Below the pieces are notes generated by a model. It worked only from the letters and a program-made list of their open reading frames with translations, was not told the DNA's origin and searched no databases. A stretch of 64,000 nucleotides of DNA. It comes from an uncultured Chromatiales bacterium. Lineage in GTDB: Bacteria > Pseudomonadota > Gammaproteobacteria > Poriferisulfidales > Oxydemutatoraceae. The translations under genes and the position numbers were made by a program. The stretch covers positions 22,261 to 86,260 of the forward strand of contig CAYFZO010000002.1 of NCBI GenBank assembly GCA_964347615.1, given 5' to 3'. Shown piece by piece: positions 58,337 through 64,000 of this stretch (position 1 is its first letter; each line of letters opens with the position of its first letter).

Positions 58337-61300
58337 TTAATGGGTGGTTGCTTCGGCGTAGACCGGCGACGGGAGCGTCGGGTATGCGCGACGCACGTGA
58401 CGAAAGACTTCCTCCGATATCTTCCTGACTTCTTCCTCCGTGTAGAGGTTGGCGGAAAGTCCACTTTTGTCGTTGAAAAGAAACCTTTCGATGTCGGTTC
58501 TTACGCCGTCGCTCGTGCTCTGTTTCTCCGTCCACTGATAGGCGCAAAGCGATCGGGTTTTCAACGTCTTCAATAAGTCAACCGAAACGTTTTTGATCCG
58601 CTTGATCTCCGCCTTGCTCAAATCCGGCTTTCTCAGGAGGTCGAAAATCGCCAGCTGCTCCTCGTCCAAACCTTCTCGAACCGCCCGGCTTTCCTCCTCG
58701 TCCAACTCATCAGTCAGCTTGATCAACTCCTCAAAAACCCTCTCGATCGTTGCTTGGTCTTTATTGCGGTTGTATTCCTCGACCAGTTTCTCGTAGTGCG
58801 TCTGGAAGTTGGTGCGCATCGGATTTTGCTTCAGCAGGCGTTGCAACTTTTTTTCCACGATATGCATCAGCGTTTGGGTGGCGGTACGTCTCGTGGTGCT
58901 TCTCTCAAACTCCACTTTCAGTTTCTTGGCGTTGACGTGGCTGATATCGTAAAGCTTCGTGTCTCTGACCTCGCCGTCGGGAGGCTGAGCCACAATCGCC
59001 TCATCCACGACGCCGTGCAGCGCGCGGATGACGTCGCTGATGTCCGCTCTATCGCGGTCCTGTTGCAGGCTCTTGTAGATGATGCTGATGGCCTTGTGCT
59101 CCGCCCGGTACTCTTCCATGCCCTTGACGTTGATGCAGGCTTTGTAGCAGTTGAAAACCTCACGGCACATCACCTCGAAACGCTTGCGGGTTTCGTGGCT
59201 TTCGTTGACCGCCTCTTTGCAGGCTACGATGGCAGCGTTGAGAGCAAAGCCTTCCTGCCCGATGACGTCGTCCAATGAGGTCTGTCGCTCTTCAAGGAAC
59301 GCCCGCACCAGCGCAATCGCCTGAGCCAGCTTCTCCAGCAGCTTTTCGATGGGCTCGGTGGGACCGCCACCGCCTTCGCCCTCGCCCTCGCCCGGCTCTT
59401 GGGCACCAAAAGTCGCCAGCGCACGGCGCAGATGCTGGAGGATGCCGCAGTAATCCACGATCAAGCCGTTGGTCTTGCTTTCGTTGACGCGGTTGGCGCG
59501 CGCGATGGCCTGCATCAAGGTGTGCGCCTTGAGCGGCTTGTCGAGGTAAAGCGTCGAAAGGCTGGGGACGTCGAAACCGGTCAGCCACATCGCGCAGACG
59601 ACGGCAATGCGGAAAGGATGGTCCTGATGCTTGAACGCCTCGTCGAGCGGCATGGACACCTTGCCTTGAAACTCAGGCCTGCCGCGCATGGATTCCGGCA
59701 GGTCCACGCCGTCCTTGATGAGCCTGCGGTGCGGCCTGATGTCAATACCCCACTTGCGAAACGCCTCGACCTCGCCTTGCTCCTCGCTGATGACCACCGC
59801 CATACGGGTTTCTTTCATCCAGTTGATCTGGTTCCGGATCTGCACCGCTTCCTGTTCGTCGACGCATCGCTTTTCCGCTGCCTCCAACTCGCCGATGCGC
59901 TCGCGCCAATGACGGTCGATCAACTCGTACATGCGCACGCAGGTCACCTTATCTATGCAAACCAGCATCGCCTTGCCGCTTTCCCAAGCCGTCGAGTAGT
60001 GTTCGACGAAGTCCCGCGCGACCTGATCCAGGCGTTTCTCCGCGGTCATCACGTGGTAATCCCGCCTGAGCTCCTGCTCCAGACGCTGCACCACGTCTAT
60101 ATCCTCGGTCTCCAAATCCCCGAACTCTTCCAGCTTGTTCGCAATGCGCTCGTTCAGGTCGCCGACGGCGATGTCGAGCTTGTCGCCGCGGGCATCGTAG
60201 TAAAGCGGCACCGTGGCCCCGTCGTCCACCGCGCGCTGAAAGTCGTAGGTCGAGACGTATTCTCCGAAAACCCGCCGCGTGATCTCGTCGTCCTTGAACA
60301 ACGGCGTGCCGGTGAAGCCGATGTAACTCGCGTTGGGCAACGCGTCGTGCATATTGCGCGCGAGATCGCCGTACTGAGTGCGATGAGCTTCGTCGGTGAT
60401 GACAATGACGTCGTCCCGGTCGGAATACGCCTCTCCCGGCCCGATTTCCTGATTGAACTTCTGAATCAACGAGAAGACGTAGGACTTGTTCTCGCCGAGC
60501 AGACGTTTCAAATGCGTACTGCTCGCCGCCCGGCAATCGTCGCTCTCGTTCGTCACTTCGCAACCGGCGAAAGTCTTGTAAATCTGCACGTCGAGGTCGA
60601 GACGGTCGGTCAGCACCAGAAAGGTGAAGTTGCCGCTGAGTCTGCGATGCACCTTGCGGGTGAACATGACCATCGAATAACTCTTGCCCGCGCCCTGCGT
60701 GTGCCAAAAGACGCCCAGCCTGCCCTTGCGCGCCTTGCGCTCGCGCACCGCCTCGATCGCGCGGTTGACGCCGAGAAACTGATGGTTGCGCGCGAGGATC
60801 TTCCTTGTCTTGCCGGTGGAATCGTCGAAAAGGATGAAGTTCTCGAACAAGTCCATGAAGTTGCGCTTGTCGCAGACGCCCTTGAGCAAGGTCTCCATGT
60901 CCACCCTGCCTTCGTCGCCCTCGGCCAGCCGTTTCCATTCGTGAAAATGTCCCCACTCGCTGGTGATCGACCCGATTTTCGCCTTGTCGCCGTTGCCGAA
61001 CATGATGATCGCGTTGTAATGGAACAGATGCGGGATGGTGACACGATAGTCGGAGTAGTTCTTTTCAAAAGCCGTCCGGAGATTCCGATGGATGTTCTTC
61101 AACTCGACGAAGAGCAGCGGCAAGCCGTTGATGAACCCGACGACGTCGAGCCGACGGCGATAAAGATCGCCGCGCACCCAGAGCTCACGCACGCAGAGGA
61201 AGCGATTGTTCTCCGGCGCGTCAAAGTCAAAGACCCGCAGCCTCTTTCGGACCGACTCGCCCTTGTCGTTGCGAAAAGAAACCTGCACGCCGTCGCGTAT

Positions 61301-61588
61301 CAGCGCATACTTCTCCTTGTTGGCGGGCACGACGTCCTGCGAAGCGGTCGGAGCGGCAATCTTCCGCACCGCGTCGTCATAAGCCTCATCAGGCAGGCCC
61401 GGATTGAACTCGACGAGCTTCTCGCGCAGGGTGCGCGTCAGCACCACTTCATGGTCGGAAGCTCGACCCAGCAGACTGTCCGGCCCGAAGTCCTCCCTGT
61501 TGTAAGCGTAGACGGATTCCCAACCGAGCTGCTGCTCCAGATGATCCGCCATCGTTTTCTGGACGATGGTGTCTTCGGTGTAGTTCAT
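58337..61588 (-). CDS. hsdR: type I restriction enzyme R (restriction/helicase) subunit
   Basis: 1083 aa with an HSDR_N nuclease domain at the N-terminus, SF2 helicase motifs (GAGKSYSMV, VITDEAHRTQYG, FTGTP) and a C-terminal domain. ATG at 61586-61588 has a GGGAGAA RBS. No hsdM or hsdS is present in the window. Confidence 0.9.
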   Translation of the reverse strand: MNYTEDTIVQKTMADHLEQQLGWESVYAYNREDFGPDSLLGRASDHEVVLTRTLREKLVEFNPGLPDEAYDDAVRKIAAPTASQDVVPANKEKYALIRDGVQVSFRNDKGESVRKRLRVFDFDAPENNRFLCVRELWVRGDLYRRRLDVVGFINGLPLLFVELKNIHRNLRTAFEKNYSDYRVTIPHLFHYNAIIMFGNGDKAKIGSITSEWGHFHEWKRLAEGDEGRVDMETLLKGVCDKRNFMDLFENFILFDDSTGKTRKILARNHQFLGVNRAIEAVRERKARKGRLGVFWHTQGAGKSYSMVMFTRKVHRRLSGNFTFLVLTDRLDLDVQIYKTFAGCEVTNESDDCRAASSTHLKRLLGENKSYVFSLIQKFNQEIGPGEAYSDRDDVIVITDEAHRTQYGDLARNMHDALPNASYIGFTGTPLFKDDEITRRVFGEYVSTYDFQRAVDDGATVPLYYDARGDKLDIAVGDLNERIANKLEEFGDLETEDIDVVQRLEQELRRDYHVMTAEKRLDQVARDFVEHYSTAWESGKAMLVCIDKVTCVRMYELIDRHWRERIGELEAAEKRCVDEQEAVQIRNQINWMKETRMAVVISEEQGEVEAFRKWGIDIRPHRRLIKDGVDLPESMRGRPEFQGKVSMPLDEAFKHQDHPFRIAVVCAMWLTGFDVPSLSTLYLDKPLKAHTLMQAIARANRVNESKTNGLIVDYCGILQHLRRALATFGAQEPGEGEGEGGGGPTEPIEKLLEKLAQAIALVRAFLEERQTSLDDVIGQEGFALNAAIVACKEAVNESHETRKRFEVMCREVFNCYKACINVKGMEEYRAEHKAISIIYKSLQQDRDRADISDVIRALHGVVDEAIVAQPPDGEVRDTKLYDISHVNAKKLKVEFERSTTRRTATQTLMHIVEKKLQRLLKQNPMRTNFQTHYEKLVEEYNRNKDQATIERVFEELIKLTDELDEEESRAVREGLDEEQLAIFDLLRKPDLSKAEIKRIKNVSVDLLKTLKTRSLCAYQWTEKQSTSDGVRTDIERFLFNDKSGLSANLYTEEEVRKISEEVFRHVRRAYPTLPSPVYAEATTH

Positions 61589-61597
61589 TTTTTCTCC

Positions 61598-61616
61598 CGA
61601 TATACCGGATATATCG
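61598..61616. promoter_or_regulatory. near-perfect palindrome immediately upstream of the hsdR RBS (candidate operator)
   Basis: CGATATA-CCGG-ATATATCG (an 8/7-nt inverted repeat centred on CCGG) lies 9-27 nt upstream of the hsdR start codon in the 245-nt hsdR-S8 intergenic region. Confidence 0.3.
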
Positions 61617-61833
61617 TACTCACTAATGCCTTGAATTTCTTACCTCGCGTCCATACTTGAGCGGGCAACACAAGGCCGCCGCAGTTAAAAATATCAACTG
61701 GGATTTTCAACAAGGCGACGAGGAGGAATATCCTTAATCTCCGGCGCACGACCGCCTAACTCGGCAAGCCGCCGCGCACTTTCCCGTTCTATCAATGCTT
61801 TCAACACTGTATAACTTCGTATGAAAATATATT

Positions 61834-63993
61834 TTATTCATTTTCCGGCGCACCGATTCCAACGCGCGGAGCAATGCGCTCACGAATTTCCTCATAAATA
61901 GGAATACCAATAATAGGAATATCAACTCCTTCAACGATTTCAAGAGTTACAGCGAGTCCGTATGTCACAGGTTTTTGGACATCTTCCGCATCCTTCCGGC
62001 AATTTACTTTAATTGTGAAAATACCGTCATCCACTATCGCAACAGATTTAGAACCTTCGAACACCTCGTGCTGTACGGTCCCTCGCCGAGACGTATTGTT
62101 GTCAATCTCTCTGCGAGAGGTCTCGACAACATTTGGGTTATTCTGGTCGTTCACTTCAAACCACAACTGCGTAGAACGATAGGCTTGTGTATTCACCGCG
62201 ACAGGAGATATCCAAGCTAGCGTAACTGTAAGCCGTCGTCTTACATGCTGTGCACTCAGAGAAGGAGGTAAAGGCAAGCCAAAAAGATGGGCGCCCTCAT
62301 CCAAGAGTTCCCCATACCCAAGTACTGTAGCCCTCTGTGCTGTACACGCCAAAACACGAGTATGGTCTGGAACACCGTAACCCAACCACCGACTAATCCA
62401 TTTTTTTGTATCTCTTCCATCAATTTCGGGTTGTAAAGCAGCTTTGAGATGACCCCTTATCTCCCCCCAAGAACAACCATGAACAACCATGGCTTTGATA
62501 AGAGAAGTTATATATCGATCCGGTTCGTCCTCAGGCTTTTGCTCCTTAAATATCTCCAGCAGGGTGTCGTGACAAATCGCTGCCGTTCTGGAAGTCAGGG
62601 CAGCTGCATTACTGGTTCCACAACAATTCTTAACTCCATTTAACTTTCCACTTACACGGCCAAGCGTAGCTGTTCGATTTCCTGACGCATTCCCGCCGGA
62701 TGATATTTGAAATGTTGTATCGGGATTGTTTCCATGTATCTCCCGATAAAGAACTCGCCCTCCATTAAACAAAAGATCCGGTTTAACGGATCTTCTATAT
62801 CCACCCCCAAATGCAGAAATTGGGCTTGGCAACTGATGCTTAAACAAATCAACTGAACTTCCCTGATAATCTTCTTTCGAAGCATCGTGATGAAAAGCAC
62901 CAACCGCGATGCTATTGATGCTCTCACTTGGTGCCAAGATTCTTCTTTTCCGCTCATCCTCGTACAAAGCCTTAACAACTTGCTTTTCTTTTTCTTCATC
63001 CGACAGGCGATTAAACTCCGTTGTCGGCATGTTGATTTTGATATCCTCTTGATGGTTTCCCGCGCTAACGACAAAAAGAACCGGGTATTTAACGCTCAAC
63101 CAATCTAATAGCCTAGCTAAGGGACTTAACGCTCGTGTGAATTGCCGGCATCGGTCGCCAATTGAAAAATTGATTACTCTAATTGTCGGGGCGATGGCCG
63201 GAGTCGAACCTTCGCCCTCAAATATACGACGAACGGCTCGATGAATATAATCGACCATCAAAACATCACGTGGTAAAGCCTCCGAGGGTGTTTCGCTCGA
63301 TTGAACAGGTTTCATGACGGGGCGAACATAAACAGGACGAGAAAGCGGTGATGTCCCATCGTTCAAATCACCATGAACAACTAAAGACGCCATTGCAGTT
63401 CCATGTGCCCGATTTGAAACTGGATACTCTGAGGCATAATTATCCGGGTCATCGATTATCAATCTATTTTGGAGTAACTCATGATTTTCTAATGGAAGCC
63501 CATCTAAAATTGCTATAATCGGGTCCCCCTCTGGTACCGCGTCTTGTTCCAGCTTATGGCTAGATAGGTTTTCTTCCATCAAGTATTTTCCCGTCGTCAT
63601 CTGACCAACAGGGCGGACAAACATTACTTCATCACTCTTAATAAGATCTACATCCTGATGTTCGATAATGTTTTCAGCTTCACCTGCCGGTATTTCTGCA
63701 AGTAACGCATGATAGCTGATATCGTCAATTACGCAGCTGCTAAGAACCATCCCGTTAAGACTGCTAACTAAAGTTTCAATCCTTTCTTTAGCATTTCGCC
63801 TTTTTTCTTTGGCAGCACGAAACCACAACTCGACTTCAAATCGAACTGGGCGGTTCTGGTCATATTTCAAATCTTCTTCCCAAGCATTCAAAAGACCTGT
63901 CTCGTCAAGACGGTCTTCAACGTCCCACCTACGAATATTTCTAAGCCATTTGAAAACCTCTTTAAATTTAGCTTGACCTCTTTCAAACACCAC
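61834..63993 (-). CDS. subtilisin-like S8 serine peptidase, cytoplasmic (no signal peptide), N-terminally extended; probably runs past the window edge
   Basis: Catalytic triad motifs in order are Asp (IIAILDGLP), His (HGTAMASLVVHG) and Ser (GTSNAAA), with the oxyanion-hole Asn (VVSAGN). The reading frame stays open to position 64000, so the true N-terminus may lie outside the window. Confidence 0.8.
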   Translation of the reverse strand: MVFERGQAKFKEVFKWLRNIRRWDVEDRLDETGLLNAWEEDLKYDQNRPVRFEVELWFRAAKEKRRNAKERIETLVSSLNGMVLSSCVIDDISYHALLAEIPAGEAENIIEHQDVDLIKSDEVMFVRPVGQMTTGKYLMEENLSSHKLEQDAVPEGDPIIAILDGLPLENHELLQNRLIIDDPDNYASEYPVSNRAHGTAMASLVVHGDLNDGTSPLSRPVYVRPVMKPVQSSETPSEALPRDVLMVDYIHRAVRRIFEGEGSTPAIAPTIRVINFSIGDRCRQFTRALSPLARLLDWLSVKYPVLFVVSAGNHQEDIKINMPTTEFNRLSDEEKEKQVVKALYEDERKRRILAPSESINSIAVGAFHHDASKEDYQGSSVDLFKHQLPSPISAFGGGYRRSVKPDLLFNGGRVLYREIHGNNPDTTFQISSGGNASGNRTATLGRVSGKLNGVKNCCGTSNAAALTSRTAAICHDTLLEIFKEQKPEDEPDRYITSLIKAMVVHGCSWGEIRGHLKAALQPEIDGRDTKKWISRWLGYGVPDHTRVLACTAQRATVLGYGELLDEGAHLFGLPLPPSLSAQHVRRRLTVTLAWISPVAVNTQAYRSTQLWFEVNDQNNPNVVETSRREIDNNTSRRGTVQHEVFEGSKSVAIVDDGIFTIKVNCRKDAEDVQKPVTYGLAVTLEIVEGVDIPIIGIPIYEEIRERIAPRVGIGAPENE

Positions 63994-64000
63994 CCTTTCA

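Noticed and set aside
61734-61943. 69-aa ORF overlapping the 3' end of the S8 peptidase gene
   Set aside because: It overlaps the strongly supported S8 CDS in another frame and extends into AT-rich intergenic sequence. It has no RBS or homology.

Overview
This 64-kb window is a high-GC (about 65%) chromosomal segment from a gammaproteobacterium, with gene order resembling Pseudomonas in places. It is densely packed with conserved housekeeping genes on both strands. The ORF-track start coordinates (which allow ATG, GTG and TTG starts) were adjusted by me at several genes, as flagged in each evidence string.

Gene content in order:
- A Liv-type ABC importer operon with an associated AMP-dependent ligase (0.1-7.4 kb).
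- mltF, tadA, guaBA and xseA (7.6-14 kb).
- A dksA gene carrying a ~145-aa lysine-rich histone-H1-like N-terminal extension. Its stop codon sits inside a 12-nt in-frame tandem repeat (14.3-15.3 kb).
- A minus-strand cluster encoding an AlkB/XylM-family membrane diiron monooxygenase, a XylA-type ferredoxin:FNR reductase, a GST-like protein, a tiny Fe-S protein and a 2-TM peptide (15.4-19.1 kb). It sits next to msrB, pnp and rpsO.
- LPS core genes waaF and hldE, then ilvE, then an FbpABC-type iron importer (22-30 kb).
- yhdP and maf, a degraded rlmH remnant, then rsfS, nadD, proA, holA, lptE and leuS (30-42 kb).
- manC and lnt, corC, ybeY, phoH and miaB (42-49 kb).
- A TonB-dependent receptor with an AT-rich leader (49-51.8 kb).
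- wbpM and wbpL, the terminal O-antigen genes (51.8-54.8 kb).

The last ~9 kb (54.8-64 kb) drops to about 50% GC and looks like a defence/accessory island. In order it carries a zeta-toxin-like P-loop kinase, an RHH-domain fusion protein, a SpoVK-like AAA+ ATPase, an orphan type I restriction R subunit (no hsdM or hsdS in the window) and a large cytoplasmic subtilisin-like S8 peptidase that runs off the window edge. No rRNA, tRNA, CRISPR array, transposase or integrase was recognised by eye. Many long antisense ORFs in the track are high-GC artefacts.
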